64,000 bases of DNA from Gammaproteobacteria bacterium (GCA_045110495.1 JBGCGE010000009.1:6056-70055); one strand, 5' to 3'. Counted from the first letter of the stretch, positions 9,586 to 20,965 are shown. Notes: generated by a model not told the origin, from the letters alone. Made by a program: numbers and translations.

Positions 9586-10866
9586 ATGAGTGACGACAAA
9601 CAGGACGATGGAAATGACGGTGAAAGACTGCTGTATTGTTCCTTCTGTGGTAAAAGTCAACACGAAGTAAGGAAGCTGATCGCAGGACCATCAGTTTTTA
9701 TTTGCGATGAATGTGTCGATCTTTGTAATGACATTATCAAAGAAGAGATACAGGATAAATCTGTCAGTGGTTCAGATGGAAAACTTCCAACACCTCATGA
9801 AATAAAAGATCTGTTAGATGATTACGTCATCGGACAACAAACTGCTAAAAAGATACTTTCTGTTGCAGTCTACAATCACTATAAGCGTTTAGATGCTGAC
9901 ATCAGAAATGATGATGTGGAACTTTCTAAAAGTAATGTATTACTTATTGGTCCAACCGGCAGTGGTAAAACATTACTTGCTGAAACTTTAGCAAGAATGA
10001 TCAATGTGCCGTTTACCATGGCTGATGCAACAACATTAACCGAAGCGGGCTATGTCGGTGAAGATGTTGAAAACATCATTCAAAAATTACTACAAAAATG
10101 TGACTACGATGTCGACAAAGCTCAGAGAGGCATTGTTTACATTGATGAAATCGACAAGATTTCACGTAAATCTGACAATCCATCTATCACACGTGATGTG
10201 TCTGGTGAAGGCGTGCAACAAGCACTACTTAAACTTGTTGAAGGTACAGTCGCTTCTGTCCCTCCACAAGGTGGGCGTAAGCATCCACAGCAAGAATTTT
10301 TACAAGTGGATACTGCTAACATTCTATTTATTTGTGGTGGTGCATTTGCTGGGTTAGATAAAATTATTCGAGATCGATCAGAAAAAGGTGGGATAGGTTT
10401 TTCTGCAGAAGTCATCAGCAAAGATGAGAGTCGTAGTGTGGGTGAGGTTCTAAATGAAGTTGAGCCTGAAGATTTGATCAAATATGGGTTGATACCTGAG
10501 TTTATTGGTCGATTACCTGTGATCGCGACCTTAGAAGAGCTAGAAGAGGAGCAAATGGTTGAAATTCTTGTAGAGCCAAAAAATTCGTTAACAAAACAAT
10601 ATTGCAAATTGTTTGAGATGGAAGGGGTTGAATTGGAATTTCGAAAAGAAGCACTGCTAGAAGTGGCAAGAAAAGCACTTGAACGAAAAACCGGTGCACG
10701 TGGATTGAGATCCATCATAGAACAAAACCTCCTTGAGACTATGTACGACATACCATCTTTGGAAAATGTAACAAAAGTCGTAGTCGATGAGACTGTTATT
10801 AAAGGTGAATCGAAACCAATTCTTATCTATGAAGATGCTGAACTACCAAAAGCAGCCTCGGAATAG
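9586..10866 (+). CDS. clpX: ClpX ATPase
   Basis: Zn-binding CSFCGK...[28 protein letters not shown]. Confidence 0.98.
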   Translation: MSDDKQDDGNDGERLLYCSFCGKSQHEVRKLIAGPSVFICDECVDLCNDIIKEEIQDKSVSGSDGKLPTPHEIKDLLDDYVIGQQTAKKILSVAVYNHYKRLDADIRNDDVELSKSNVLLIGPTGSGKTLLAETLARMINVPFTMADATTLTEAGYVGEDVENIIQKLLQKCDYDVDKAQRGIVYIDEIDKISRKSDNPSITRDVSGEGVQQALLKLVEGTVASVPPQGGRKHPQQEFLQVDTANILFICGGAFAGLDKIIRDRSEKGGIGFSAEVISKDESRSVGEVLNEVEPEDLIKYGLIPEFIGRLPVIATLEELEEEQMVEILVEPKNSLTKQYCKLFEMEGVELEFRKEALLEVARKALERKTGARGLRSIIEQNLLETMYDIPSLENVTKVVVDETVIKGESKPILIYEDAELPKAASE

Positions 10867-10898
10867 TTACAGCCAGCGAAAAAGGTGCATAAATAATA

Positions 10899-13307
10899 GT
10901 GACTGAAGCTAAAGAGTTAGATGTACCCTTATTGCCACTGCGCGATGTCGTTGTCTTTCCACATATGGTTATCCCTTTGTTTGTCGGTAGAGAACGCTCA
11001 GTTAAGGCGCTTGAAACTGCAATGGAGTCAAACAAACAAGTTTTCTTGTTAGCACAGAAAAATGCCGGTGATGATGATCCCACAATCGACGAGGTCTATC
11101 ACGTAGGCACGTTAGCCAACATACTTCAGCTACTTAAATTACCTGATGGCACAATAAAAGTGCTTGTTGAAGGTGAACAAAGAGCAAGCCTGATTGATTT
11201 ACATGAAAACCAGGAGTTTGCATCAGCCACAGTTGAATTAATTGAAAATGTTGTTGAAGATGAGCGCGAAATTGAAGCCATTATGCGTTCTGTCACGAGC
11301 GAGTTTGAACAATATGTCAAACTTAATAAGAAAATCCCTCCTGAGATTATCTCTTCCCTGAGTAGTATTGATGAACCTGATCGACTTGCTGATACCATTG
11401 CTGCGCACATGTCTATCAAGCATGAAGACAAACAAGAAGTGCTGGAAATAACGAATGTGGCCAAGCGTCTTGAGCACTTAATCGGATTAATGGAAGCTGA
11501 GATTGATCTACTTCAAGTTGAAAGAAAGCTACGCGGTCGTGTTAAGCGACAAATGGAAAAAAGCCAGCGCGAGTACTATTTGAATGAACAAATGAAAGCC
11601 ATTCAAAAAGAGCTTGGTGAGATGGAAGATGGTGGTAACGAACTTGACGAACTAGAGAAAAAAATCAAAAAAGCGGGCATGACCAAAGAAGCTCGTAACA
11701 AAGCTAGTTCAGAGTTAAAAAAACTCAAAATGATGTCTCCCATGTCAGCCGAAGCGACAGTGGTGCGAAACTATATCGATTGGATAGTAGATCTTCCCTG
11801 GAAAAAACGTAGCAAGGTCAGTCGAGACATTGGTCAGGCGGAAGATATTTTAGATGATGATCATTACGGCTTAGAAAAGGTAAAAGAGCGCATACTTGAG
11901 TATCTTGCCGTTCAACAACGAGTAAAAAAACTAAAAGGACCGATATTGTGTCTAGTCGGACCACCAGGGGTAGGGAAGACTTCTTTAGGTAGATCAATTG
12001 CCAGGGCGACTAATAGAAAGTTTGTTCGAATGTCATTAGGCGGAGTGCGGGATGAAGCTGAAATCAGAGGTCATCGACGAACTTATGTCGGCTCTATGCC
12101 TGGCAAGCTTGTTCAGAACATGGCTAAAATTAAAACCAGAAACCCACTTATCTTGTTAGATGAAATCGATAAAATGGCATCAGATTCCCGTGGTGATCCT
12201 GCTTCAGCCTTACTGGAAGTTTTAGACCCAGAACAAAATAGCACCTTCAACGATCATTACCTTGAAATTGATTACGATTTATCAGAAGTAATGTTTGTAA
12301 CAACGGCAAACAGTCTCAACATACCTTCACCTCTTTTAGATCGAATGGAAGTTATCAGAATTTCGGGTTATACCGAAAATGAAAAAATAAATATTGCGAC
12401 CAAATATCTACTAGCTAAACAGATCAGGAATAGTGGATTAAAGGATGCGGAGATCAGTATCTCTGAAAATGCGATTAGGGATATTATTCGTTACTATACA
12501 CGAGAAGCTGGAGTTCGTTCACTAGAGCGAGAAATAGCGAAAATATGTCGAAAAGTAGTAAAACAAATTCTCACCGGATCAGATTCAAAAAAAGTCCTGA
12601 TCAGTTCACGTAATATCGAAAAATATCTTGGTGTTAAACGCCATCGTTATGGTATTGCTGAGGAGCAAGATCAAATTGGTCAAGTCACAGGACTAGCTTG
12701 GACGGAAGTTGGTGGAGAACTATTAACTATTGAGGCGGCCGTTGTCGCTGGTAAAGGCAAAGAAACATTTACCGGTCAGTTAGGAGACGTCATGCAAGAG
12801 TCTATCCAGGCGGCAGTTACCGTAATACGAAGTCGTTGCAATTCACTCGGGATAGATTCAGATTTTTATGCTAAGAATGACATCCATTTTCATGTTCCAG
12901 AAGGAGCAACACCAAAAGATGGGCCGAGTGCAGGTGTCGGCATGTGTACAGCCTTGGTTTCTGCACTGACAAACATTCCCGTAAAGGCTAATGTCGCTAT
13001 GACAGGTGAAATAACTCTGCGTGGTGAAGTCTTGCCCATCGGAGGGCTAAAAGAAAAGCTGCTCGCCGCCTTACGTGGTGGTATCAAGACGGTCCTTATA
13101 CCTATTGAAAATAAAAGAGATCTTGCAGAAATACCTGACAATATTACACAGAACTTGACGATCAAACCTGTTAAATGGATTGATGAAGTTTTACAGATCT
13201 CTTTGCAGTCTGTACCAGAACCGACAATACTAGAAACAAAAGAGAATGTAATAAAAGAAGACGACACTTTAGATAATAAGAATAAAAGCAGCTCTAGAAC
13301 TCATTAA
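10899..13307 (+). CDS. lon: Lon protease
   Basis: [30 protein letters not shown] catalytic Ser. Confidence 0.98.
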   Translation: MTEAKELDVPLLPLRDVVVFPHMVIPLFVGRERSVKALETAMESNKQVFLLAQKNAGDDDPTIDEVYHVGTLANILQLLKLPDGTIKVLVEGEQRASLIDLHENQEFASATVELIENVVEDEREIEAIMRSVTSEFEQYVKLNKKIPPEIISSLSSIDEPDRLADTIAAHMSIKHEDKQEVLEITNVAKRLEHLIGLMEAEIDLLQVERKLRGRVKRQMEKSQREYYLNEQMKAIQKELGEMEDGGNELDELEKKIKKAGMTKEARNKASSELKKLKMMSPMSAEATVVRNYIDWIVDLPWKKRSKVSRDIGQAEDILDDDHYGLEKVKERILEYLAVQQRVKKLKGPILCLVGPPGVGKTSLGRSIARATNRKFVRMSLGGVRDEAEIRGHRRTYVGSMPGKLVQNMAKIKTRNPLILLDEIDKMASDSRGDPASALLEVLDPEQNSTFNDHYLEIDYDLSEVMFVTTANSLNIPSPLLDRMEVIRISGYTENEKINIATKYLLAKQIRNSGLKDAEISISENAIRDIIRYYTREAGVRSLEREIAKICRKVVKQILTGSDSKKVLISSRNIEKYLGVKRHRYGIAEEQDQIGQVTGLAWTEVGGELLTIEAAVVAGKGKETFTGQLGDVMQESIQAAVTVIRSRCNSLGIDSDFYAKNDIHFHVPEGATPKDGPSAGVGMCTALVSALTNIPVKANVAMTGEITLRGEVLPIGGLKEKLLAALRGGIKTVLIPIENKRDLAEIPDNITQNLTIKPVKWIDEVLQISLQSVPEPTILETKENVIKEDDTLDNKNKSSSRTH

Positions 13308-13630
13308 AAACCCAACACCATCTAGCTAAAAATTTATTCCCTCCTGTACAACCAACTAATTCACATTGAAAAAACTGTTTGATAGTTGAAATACATTATC
13401 GAAGCTTATTCATTGATTCTACGAAAGTAATACAATTGATTATAAAAAAGACACACAATTACTGTTGTGTAGCAAACCTTTTATTAACAAAAATGTTCAT
13501 TTAATCAGTTGACGTTAACGGGGGCAGTTGGTATAAATTCTGTTCGCTCGCGGGCCGCCCTAACAGCGTAGATCTTCTAAGTGTGTAAATAAATAACGAT
13601 AATATAACTAGAGCAACAAAGGGGATAAAA

Positions 13631-13903
13631 ATGAATAAGTCTGAATTAGTAGATGCGGTTGCCGACTCGGCTGATCTATCGAAAGCGTCTGCAGCTCGAG
13701 CAGTTGATGCCGTCGTTGAATCAATCACAACGACTTTAAAAAAAGGTGACACAGTCGCATTATTAGGTTTTGGATCGTTCCTTGTAAGAGATCGTGCAGC
13801 ACGATCAGGTCGTAATCCAAGAACTGGTGAAACTATAAAAATCAAGGCTTCTAAAGTACCTACATTTAAAGCTGGTAAAGCTTTAAAAGATGCCTTAAAC
13901 TAG
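13631..13903 (+). CDS. hupB: DNA-binding protein HU-beta
   Basis: [11 protein letters not shown]...GFGSF...GRNPRTGE...[10 protein letters not shown]. Confidence 0.97.
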   Translation: MNKSELVDAVADSADLSKASAARAVDAVVESITTTLKKGDTVALLGFGSFLVRDRAARSGRNPRTGETIKIKASKVPTFKAGKALKDALN

Positions 13904-13912
13904 CGCGCCTTC

Positions 13913-13988
13913 GGGTGCTTAGCTCAGCTGGGAGAGCATCGCCCTTACAAGGCGAGGGTCGGGGGTTCGATCCCCTCAGCACCCACCA
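13913..13988 (+). tRNA. tRNA-Val(TAC)
   Basis: GGGTGCTTAGCTCAGCTGGGAGAGCATCGCCCTTACAAGGCGAG...GTTCGATCCC...CACCCACCA, 76 nt. Confidence 0.97.
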
Positions 13989-13996
13989 AACATAAT

Positions 13997-14073
13997 GGAG
14001 CGGTAGTTCAGTTGGTTAGAATACCGGCCTGTCACGCCGGGGGTCGCGGGTTCGAGTCCCGTCCGCTCCGCCA
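13997..14073 (+). tRNA. tRNA-Asp(GTC)
   Basis: GGAGCGGTAGTTCAGTTGGTTAGAATACCGGCCTGTCACGCCGG...GTTCGAGTCCC...CTCCGCCA, 77 nt. Confidence 0.97.
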
Positions 14074-14082
14074 TTATTGTTT

Positions 14083-14113
14083 AGGGCGTTCCATTTATGG
14101 TCCGCCCTTTTTT
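14083..14113 (+). terminator. Probable intrinsic terminator after the tRNAs
   Basis: AGGGCG-tt-CCAT-tt-ATGG-tc-CGCCCT followed by a T run. Confidence 0.7.
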
Positions 14114-14142
14114 ATTTCAACTTTAAATAAAGGTTTCTGCTC

Positions 14143-16056
14143 ATGCTACAAAGCATTCGAGAACACTCTCAAGGCTGGTTGGCCTGGCTCATCGTAGGGC
14201 TAATTTCGGTTCCATTTGCACTCTGGGGTATAAATTCATATATGGATGGTGGATCGAATGTTACCGTCGCCAGTGTGAATGGAAAAGACATTGGGTTAAG
14301 CCAATATCAAAATGCCATACAAAACTACACAGAACGTCTTCAGCAAATGTTTGGAGATAAATTTGATGTGAACAGCCTCGATCAAAACAACATAAAACAA
14401 GAAGTGATTAATAGCCTCGTAGAGCAAAGAGTAATTGATCAAGTTAGCAGGAAATCTGGTATGCGTATCAGCAATAACCAGCTTGCGGCCAGGATTCAGT
14501 CGCTAGAATCTTTTCAAGATGAAAATGGAAAGTTTTCAAATGATCTTTATGAAAGAAGATTGACTCAGTCGGGTGCCAGTCCCGCATCATTTGAAATACA
14601 ACTCAGGGGAGATATGCTCCAAAATCAGTTACTCAAAGCAATTTCGGACACCTCTTTTGTCACCAAACAAGAAGAAAACCAGATTGGCTTATTACAAACA
14701 CAAAAACGAGATATCATCTATACCACTATTTCAGCTGATCAATTCAGAGATCAAGCTAAAGTCAGTGAAAAAGAAATTACGGATTATTATCAGAAGAACA
14801 AAGAAAATTACAAAACTGAAGAATCGGTACGTGTGAATTATATCGATCTTTCTACTGAAGAATTGGCCAAGCAAATAGATGTAGATGACAGTATCCTACA
14901 GGCATATTACCAATCGAATCTTCAGGACTATACACTTGAAGAGCGCAGAGTAGCTCAACACATTTTTGTTGCTCTAGATCCCGATGCAGCACCTGAAATT
15001 GTTACAAAAGCGACAGCTTCTGCAAAAAAACTCCTCGAATTAGTCAAATCCGGAATCGACTTTGATGACATTCCACAGAAACATGCCGGCTTACTCAGTT
15101 CTGAAGATGAAGTAGGAAAAACTGGCGCAGTTTCAAAAGGGGTAATGGATGCCGAGTTTGATGAAGCTCTGTTTGGTCTTAATGTTGGTGAAACTAGCGA
15201 AATTGTCAGAAGTAAGCGTGGTTTACACGTAATAAAACTCGTTGAAATCCAGGAAGGGAAAACATCTACATTCGCAGAATCAAAAGGCGATGTTGAAACT
15301 AAATATAGACAATCTCAAGCAGAAGCTAAGTATTACGAAGTTGCAGATGAATTACAGAATTTGGTCTTTGAAAATCAAGATTCACTGGAAGTCGCTTCCG
15401 ATACGCTTGGTCTTGAAATCAGACAATCAGAAGCATTCACTCGTAGTAAGGGAGATGACCTTACAAGCCTGCCAAACGTTGTAGAAGCCGCTTTTAGCAG
15501 CAGTGTGCTTGAAGGGGGTAACAGTGAGCCGCTAGAATTATCAGATACAAGGTTGATTGTGCTACGTGCTTTTGATCATAAACCTGCCGTGATAAAAGAG
15601 CTTTCTGCAGTTCGTGACACTGTCAAAACAACCATTCTAAATAATAAGCTCAAGGATATGGCGCAGGCTCATGGGACGGCAGTCTTAGCGAAGTTAAATG
15701 AAGGCGAAACCCCTGAACAATTAGCTATTTCAGAGTCAATCGAGTGGACTAAAAATGAATCCGTAAGTAGGGAAGATCCTGATGTGAAACGTTCAATTTT
15801 AAGATCTGTTTTCAAGTTAGGGCGTCCTTCAAAGGGCAAGGCAGTTTATACTGGTTTTACTGATGGATTGAACGATTACACTATAGTTGGTGTCTCAGCT
15901 GTAAATAATACAGATATTGAGTGGACTGGAATAGATGAATCAGCCGGTAAGACTATTGAAAGTCTTAAAGAACAACGGAGTAGTAGCGATTGGTTGGATT
16001 TTATAGCTAATCTAAAAAGCAATGCTGATATAGATATTTTCTCTGAGTCACTTTAA
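14143..16056 (+). CDS. ppiD: Periplasmic chaperone PpiD (SurA-N plus parvulin)
   Basis: N-terminal TM MLQSIREHSQGWLAWLIVGLISVPFALWG; 637 aa; usual position after hupB and tRNAs. Confidence 0.92.
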   Translation: MLQSIREHSQGWLAWLIVGLISVPFALWGINSYMDGGSNVTVASVNGKDIGLSQYQNAIQNYTERLQQMFGDKFDVNSLDQNNIKQEVINSLVEQRVIDQVSRKSGMRISNNQLAARIQSLESFQDENGKFSNDLYERRLTQSGASPASFEIQLRGDMLQNQLLKAISDTSFVTKQEENQIGLLQTQKRDIIYTTISADQFRDQAKVSEKEITDYYQKNKENYKTEESVRVNYIDLSTEELAKQIDVDDSILQAYYQSNLQDYTLEERRVAQHIFVALDPDAAPEIVTKATASAKKLLELVKSGIDFDDIPQKHAGLLSSEDEVGKTGAVSKGVMDAEFDEALFGLNVGETSEIVRSKRGLHVIKLVEIQEGKTSTFAESKGDVETKYRQSQAEAKYYEVADELQNLVFENQDSLEVASDTLGLEIRQSEAFTRSKGDDLTSLPNVVEAAFSSSVLEGGNSEPLELSDTRLIVLRAFDHKPAVIKELSAVRDTVKTTILNNKLKDMAQAHGTAVLAKLNEGETPEQLAISESIEWTKNESVSREDPDVKRSILRSVFKLGRPSKGKAVYTGFTDGLNDYTIVGVSAVNNTDIEWTGIDESAGKTIESLKEQRSSSDWLDFIANLKSNADIDIFSESL

Positions 16057-16098
16057 GGCTTAAGTAATAAAAATTCTACTTATCGTTTCAGGTGATAA

Positions 16099-17061
16099 GT
16101 GTCGTTAAAAATTAAGACAAAAGATTTTCTGGAAACTGAAGAAGGGCTAATATTTGCCGTCGTTTCGGCGACTCTGGAAAATGAGCAATGCTTAAGTTTC
16201 TTACGCTATGTAAGATCTAAAACCAGCAGTAAATGGCAAAAACTTGATACTACACAAGCAAACTCACATCTCAAAAAATACTATCCCTCCTACCTTTATC
16301 ACTCTTCAGTGCTTGATGCAGACCTGCATGCAGTTCCAATTACAAAAATAAAGAAACATCACCGGGCAACAAAAAAGATGTCTGATTTGGTCAGCAGTGA
16401 AGTAGCTGACAACCCACTACAAGTTAAGCTGATTCAACTGGTTAGCCTATTAGTGGAAAATGGTGCTGAACTTGATTCTCTCGGGGTTACAGGTTCATTT
16501 TTAATAGGTGCTGAGAATGAAAAATCAGATATTGATCTGGTTGTTTATGATCGTGATGCCTTCCATCGTACACGCGATATTTTTAAGAATCTGATCCAGC
16601 AAAATGACCTTTCAGCCTTAGATCAAAAATTTTGGGAAGAAGCTTACCAGAGACGTTCACCAAGTCTGGCTTTTGATGAATATGTCTGGCATGAAAAACG
16701 AAAATACAATAAAGCAGTTTTTGAAAATATTAAATTTGACCTGAGCCTGGTTACAGATGATCAAAAACAGGATCATTCTAATAAACCATACAAAAAGATG
16801 GGGGATGTAAAAATAATCGCGGAAGTATTAGATGATAAATATGCCTACGATACACCTTCATCTTATTCTCTAAACCATCCTAAGTACCAGAGTTTAATTT
16901 CCTTTACCCCAACTTATACAGGCCAGGCTTTTATTGGCGAGACCGTTGAAATTTCTGGACTTATTGAAGGATCCGAAGATAGTAATGATCGACGTATTAT
17001 TATTGGCTCAAGTCGTGAAGCACCGGGTGAATATATCAAAGTCGTCCGGAGTAAGAACTAG
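16099..17061 (+). CDS. Pol-beta-superfamily nucleotidyltransferase, archaeal-type (COG1665-like)
   Basis: GVTGS...SDIDLVVY catalytic motif; N-terminal DFLETEEGLIFAV...FLRY; YVWHEKRKYNK; C-terminal YTGQAFIGE.VE..G...IIIGSSREAPGEYI. Confidence 0.7.
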   Translation: MSLKIKTKDFLETEEGLIFAVVSATLENEQCLSFLRYVRSKTSSKWQKLDTTQANSHLKKYYPSYLYHSSVLDADLHAVPITKIKKHHRATKKMSDLVSSEVADNPLQVKLIQLVSLLVENGAELDSLGVTGSFLIGAENEKSDIDLVVYDRDAFHRTRDIFKNLIQQNDLSALDQKFWEEAYQRRSPSLAFDEYVWHEKRKYNKAVFENIKFDLSLVTDDQKQDHSNKPYKKMGDVKIIAEVLDDKYAYDTPSSYSLNHPKYQSLISFTPTYTGQAFIGETVEISGLIEGSEDSNDRRIIIGSSREAPGEYIKVVRSKN

Positions 17062-17903
17062 GCTGCTAATGATTCAAGCCCTGAACTCGCATCGAGTAAT
17101 ATCGGTAATTTTTCAGTAAGTTGATTTTGATCAAGTCCTAGCTTAGCAAGAACATCAAGCGGGAATGAAGTCATCATTTCTTCAATACTTAAATCATCCC
17201 TTCGACTAGTACTTAAATATTGAGCAATATTTACAATACATGCTTCCGGTGTAACTTCTTCAAAACTCAAAGGATCTTTACATTGAGAGACTGTGTTGGC
17301 TAAGTCTTCAGGGAATTTCCAGCGACGGCATAGTTCTGCACAAACCTCGGAATTGGTGTAGCCAAGTACTTCTTTCTCCATCTGAGCTCGAACCTGACCA
17401 TTTTTCACTGCTTTATCGATCTTAGCAATTGCTTCAGGCAGGCCCATGTACATCAAAACTATACCCATTTCACTTATCAGACCTACCGTAAATGCCATGT
17501 CACTATTAGCATTAATTTCATCTGCTATCCACTTCGCGTAAGTGGCTGTGCGGAAACTGTCAGACCAAAAATTCTTAATATCAAAACCTTTAATTTCAGG
17601 CATAGATTGAACCATACCTGAGGCGATTATGATCGATTTAAGTTGCTTCATTCCCAGCGTGACTACTGCTTCTTCAATCGAACTTAACTTTCTCGGTAAG
17701 CTGAAATGTGCGGAATTAACAAGGCGAAGCACTTTCATTGAGATGATTTGATCACGAGTGACATTCTTCGCAATTGCATACATGTCCAAATTCGGATCAT
17801 TAAGTTGGATAATAAGATCACGAACAACTTCAGGGACTTGGGGTATATTATTAATTTGTTCAAACAATGAATTCATTTCAGCTGACACTTTCATTTTCTC
17901 CAT
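17058..17903 (-). CDS. Stand-alone HDOD-domain protein
   Basis: IPQVPEVVRDLI...ISMKVLRLVNSAHF...SIEEAVVTLG...CRRWKFPEDL. Confidence 0.9.
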   Translation of the reverse strand: MEKMKVSAEMNSLFEQINNIPQVPEVVRDLIIQLNDPNLDMYAIAKNVTRDQIISMKVLRLVNSAHFSLPRKLSSIEEAVVTLGMKQLKSIIIASGMVQSMPEIKGFDIKNFWSDSFRTATYAKWIADEINANSDMAFTVGLISEMGIVLMYMGLPEAIAKIDKAVKNGQVRAQMEKEVLGYTNSEVCAELCRRWKFPEDLANTVSQCKDPLSFEEVTPEACIVNIAQYLSTSRRDDLSIEEMMTSFPLDVLAKLGLDQNQLTEKLPILLDASSGLESLAA

Positions 17904-17932
17904 ACGTGAAATTGATAAGGAATATTAACTTT

Positions 17933-17960
17933 ATATCGGCTGTTTGATTTGTTTACTTGA
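17933..17960 (-). promoter_or_regulatory. Putative sigma-28 (FliA) promoter of the HDOD gene
   Basis: TCAAG-N15-GCCGATAT, ending 29 nt before the ATG; spacer is 1 nt longer than the usual consensus. Confidence 0.5.
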
Positions 17961-18002
17961 ATATTTTAAAGCGGAATTTACTATAAAAGTGATGTCTTTC
18001 AC

Positions 18003-19250
18003 TTAATTGACTTCAGTTTGAACGTTTTCATCTCTTTTTAGATCATCGATTCTTTCTAACCACCACTTTGCTTGAGGATTTATAGATTTATTTTCAAGTG
18101 CGTATTGAAGTGCAACTTGGGACTCAGTGTAGTTTTTTTGGTGAAACTGTGAAATTCCAAGCAATAATTGAGAATAACCCTTTTGTGTTAAATGGTCTTT
18201 AGACAAGGCTTTTTTTAGCTGAATCGTGGCTTGAGGATACTCTTCAAGATCAAAATAGATCTGCCCAATTCGAAAATGAAGATCGGCTTGATCAGATAAT
18301 TTCACAGCCTCTATTAAAGCCTTTACGGCTTTCTCACGTTCCTGTGCCTGTAGCCAACAGTTACTCAACAATTCCCAATTGGATGCATCCTTAGCTAAAG
18401 ACCCTGATTCAATTTGATTTTTTAATAAGTTTGCCGCTTTGTAGGGCAAATCCTTGTAAAGATACATATTAACCAATTGCCTGATTTGCTCAGCATCAAA
18501 AAGACTTTTTGTGTACATCAACTCCATTGTGGCTAGTATTTTTTGGTCGTTATCCATTTTCTGCCAAATTGCTAGTAACTGTTGCCAGTAAGATTTGTTA
18601 TTTGGCTGAATTGTGAGCATAGATTCCAATAAAACTGCTGCATTTTCATACTGACTTGTTTGCAGGTAACAACTAAGTAGTATCTGATGCCATGTTTCAT
18701 CAAATGTACTTTTCAGATCAATCACTTTTTTTGCATAGGGAATGGCTTTTTTATATTGCTTTGATTCATAGTAAGCTGTTCCAGCAAGGATATAGACATC
18801 CATAGAAAGGTTGGGCTCAGAGACAACCCAGCGATTAAAATAATCCAACCCTTCTTTATATTTTTCCGTATAGATCAAAAGCTGAGCCAGGTTAAATTCC
18901 AGATTATGGACAACGGTTACTGGTAAGGCATTTAAATTTAGCGCCTGTTTAAAGGCGCTGATTGCATTTAGGTAGTCATTTCTGGAGATATATGCATGGC
19001 CTAATGTTTGTTGGATGACCGCCAGGTTATAAGCTATTCCCTGAGATTCAACACTTAAAGCGTTAAGTTGATTAATCGCATTATCTGACTGGCCTGATTC
19101 AAGTAATTCATTTATTTTTGATAACTTATTCCAGATTTCTTCCGTCAATAAATATTTATTTTTTTCCTCAGCAGCTACTGTATTACTTACATAACATAGT
19201 GTCAGCACGACAATAAAAACTGATAATAAGTAAGAAATTCTATTCTTCAT
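18003..19250 (-). CDS. Periplasmic TPR protein of the TonB2/TtpC system (TtpD-like)
   Basis: Signal peptide, multiple TPR-like helical repeats, last gene of the operon. Confidence 0.8.
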   Translation of the reverse strand: MKNRISYLLSVFIVVLTLCYVSNTVAAEEKNKYLLTEEIWNKLSKINELLESGQSDNAINQLNALSVESQGIAYNLAVIQQTLGHAYISRNDYLNAISAFKQALNLNALPVTVVHNLEFNLAQLLIYTEKYKEGLDYFNRWVVSEPNLSMDVYILAGTAYYESKQYKKAIPYAKKVIDLKSTFDETWHQILLSCYLQTSQYENAAVLLESMLTIQPNNKSYWQQLLAIWQKMDNDQKILATMELMYTKSLFDAEQIRQLVNMYLYKDLPYKAANLLKNQIESGSLAKDASNWELLSNCWLQAQEREKAVKALIEAVKLSDQADLHFRIGQIYFDLEEYPQATIQLKKALSKDHLTQKGYSQLLLGISQFHQKNYTESQVALQYALENKSINPQAKWWLERIDDLKRDENVQTEVN

Positions 19251-20044
19251 TTGATATTGAAATTTATATTCAATTGGGCGCGTCGACTGACTGGTTTGCC
19301 TTTATAAACTTTGGGTTTGAATTTCCATTTCTTAATTGCCTTTAGAGCCGATTTATCGAATATTTTAGGCGGATCAGATTTAATTATTATTGGATCTTTT
19401 ACGATTCCTTTTTCTGTGATTATAAACTCAAGCGTTACCACACCGCTTATCCTTGCACGTAAGGCTCTTGATGGATATTTCGGTTTAGACTTATAAGTAG
19501 GAACGACATCTGTTTCAATTTGTGGCTCCGTAGGACCAGGATCGATTTCGGATTGTTCTACCGGCTCTTGCACAACAGGCTCAGTGACTTGTTCTATTAT
19601 AGGTTCTGGATCAGCTTCAACGACGGGCACAGGTATAGGTGCTGTTTTTTGAATGATCGTTTTCTTTGGCTTTGGTTTTTTTAGAAAGTCACCCAGGTGT
19701 GGGCCATTAGTCATATGTAATGGCAATTTTACCTCGGGTGTAGGTAATTTTATCTTTTTTGGTTTGGGTTTTTCAGGATCCGGTTGTTTCTGCCTGGGAG
19801 GAGGTGGTGGCTTTTTTGGTGGTTTTGGCTTGTCTGGAAGCAGTTCATGCAGTTTTGGTTCTGGCAATTTATCTTCTTTTTTAAAGCGAATAAAATCAAC
19901 CATGGTAACCAATTCGGGTAGCGAAAAAGTTGAGTGATCTGGTTCGACTAATCTTTGTATTGCGAAAAAAAGTAGCAGGTTGATCAGCAAAGCCAGCGTT
20001 AAGCTCATAAACAGGCCCGCAGATGAGCTATAAGACGAATTCAT
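19247..20044 (-). CDS. tonB: Energy transducer TonB
   Basis: N-terminal TM, Pro/Lys-rich linker, C-terminal PKYPSRA...GVVTLEF...FDKSALKAIKKWKFKP. Confidence 0.93.
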   Translation of the reverse strand: MNSSYSSSAGLFMSLTLALLINLLLFFAIQRLVEPDHSTFSLPELVTMVDFIRFKKEDKLPEPKLHELLPDKPKPPKKPPPPPRQKQPDPEKPKPKKIKLPTPEVKLPLHMTNGPHLGDFLKKPKPKKTIIQKTAPIPVPVVEADPEPIIEQVTEPVVQEPVEQSEIDPGPTEPQIETDVVPTYKSKPKYPSRALRARISGVVTLEFIITEKGIVKDPIIIKSDPPKIFDKSALKAIKKWKFKPKVYKGKPVSRRAQLNINFNIK

Positions 20045-20457
20045 TCAGATCCTGACGTCGTCGTTGCAGCAATAGACACATTGGTCACTCCAGCCAGTCT
20101 GACCTGATCCATAATTTGTACCATCACACCAGTTTGGGATTTCTCGTCAGCCAGTATCACAACTGAGCCTTCGGGGTTTTCTGCACGCAGCCTTTCTATG
20201 TGTGATCTGACAGTGTGGATATCAACTTTTCGTTTGTCTATCCAGACTTCACCTTTATTATTTGCTGCAATAATAATATTGGCGCGTTCTTGTCTTTCGG
20301 CTGTTTTAGCACTGGGGCGATTGACTTCGATACCCGATTCTTTAACAAAAGATGAGGTAACAATGAAAAAAATCAATAAAATAAAGACCATATCAATAAG
20401 TGGTGTCAGGTTTACTTCTGCGCTACTAGTCGCTTGATCTGTATGTGAGCGTCGCAT
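20041..20457 (-). CDS. exbD: ExbD/TolR
   Basis: VNLTPLIDMVFILLIFFIVTSSFVKESG. Confidence 0.95.
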   Translation of the reverse strand: MRRSHTDQATSSAEVNLTPLIDMVFILLIFFIVTSSFVKESGIEVNRPSAKTAERQERANIIIAANNKGEVWIDKRKVDIHTVRSHIERLRAENPEGSVVILADEKSQTGVMVQIMDQVRLAGVTNVSIAATTTSGSE

Positions 20458-20458
20458 T

Positions 20459-20965
20459 TTAAAGTAACAAGTCCGTCATTTTATTTTTTTCATTTTCAGC
20501 CTGGCTTTGCAGTTGTGAGCTGAAGTAAAGTCCTGAAATAGAGGTCACAAGGCCCGCAGCTGTGGTGATGAGTGCTTCAGAAATGCCGGCAGACATACCT
20601 CTGGCATTTCCGGTTCCAAATACCATCATGACTTCAAAGGTTGAAATCATCCCGGAAACCGTTCCTAGCAAACCCAAAAGAGGCAGAATACTGACTAGTG
20701 CTTTGATAATTAGGAGATTCTTTTGTAGGTTTAAATTTATCTCACCAATTAAGCCCTGACGAAAACTATGTGCATACCAGGAAGTGTGATCATTTCTTAA
20801 TGACCAATCATCAATCTGTTGTCTAAGTTGTCGAGGATGGATGACATACAAATATAAATACCGCTCGATGATCAATGTCCACATAATAAACGAGACCAGC
20901 ATGATCATAATTAGCACTACGCCACCATGATCAATTAGTCGCTGAAAGCCCTCAAACAGATGCAC
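20459..20965 (-). CDS. exbB: ExbB (MotA/TolQ/ExbB channel)
   Basis: PLLGLLGTVSGMISTF...GISEALITTAAGL. Confidence 0.93.
   Translation of the reverse strand: MHLFEGFQRLIDHGGVVLIMIMLVSFIMWTLIIERYLYLYVIHPRQLRQQIDDWSLRNDHTSWYAHSFRQGLIGEINLNLQKNLLIIKALVSILPLLGLLGTVSGMISTFEVMMVFGTGNARGMSAGISEALITTAAGLVTSISGLYFSSQLQSQAENEKNKMTDLLL

Noticed and set aside
10137-10751. 204-aa antisense ORF over clpX, and similar shadow ORFs over aldH, lon, exbB, sdhAB, leuC, ndh and the RND gene
   Set aside because: Ser/Ile/Phe-rich translations expected from the reverse complement of strongly conserved genes; no motifs or SD support
19650-19860. Low-complexity repeats in tonB
   Set aside because: Ordinary Pro/Lys periplasm-spanning linker of TonB
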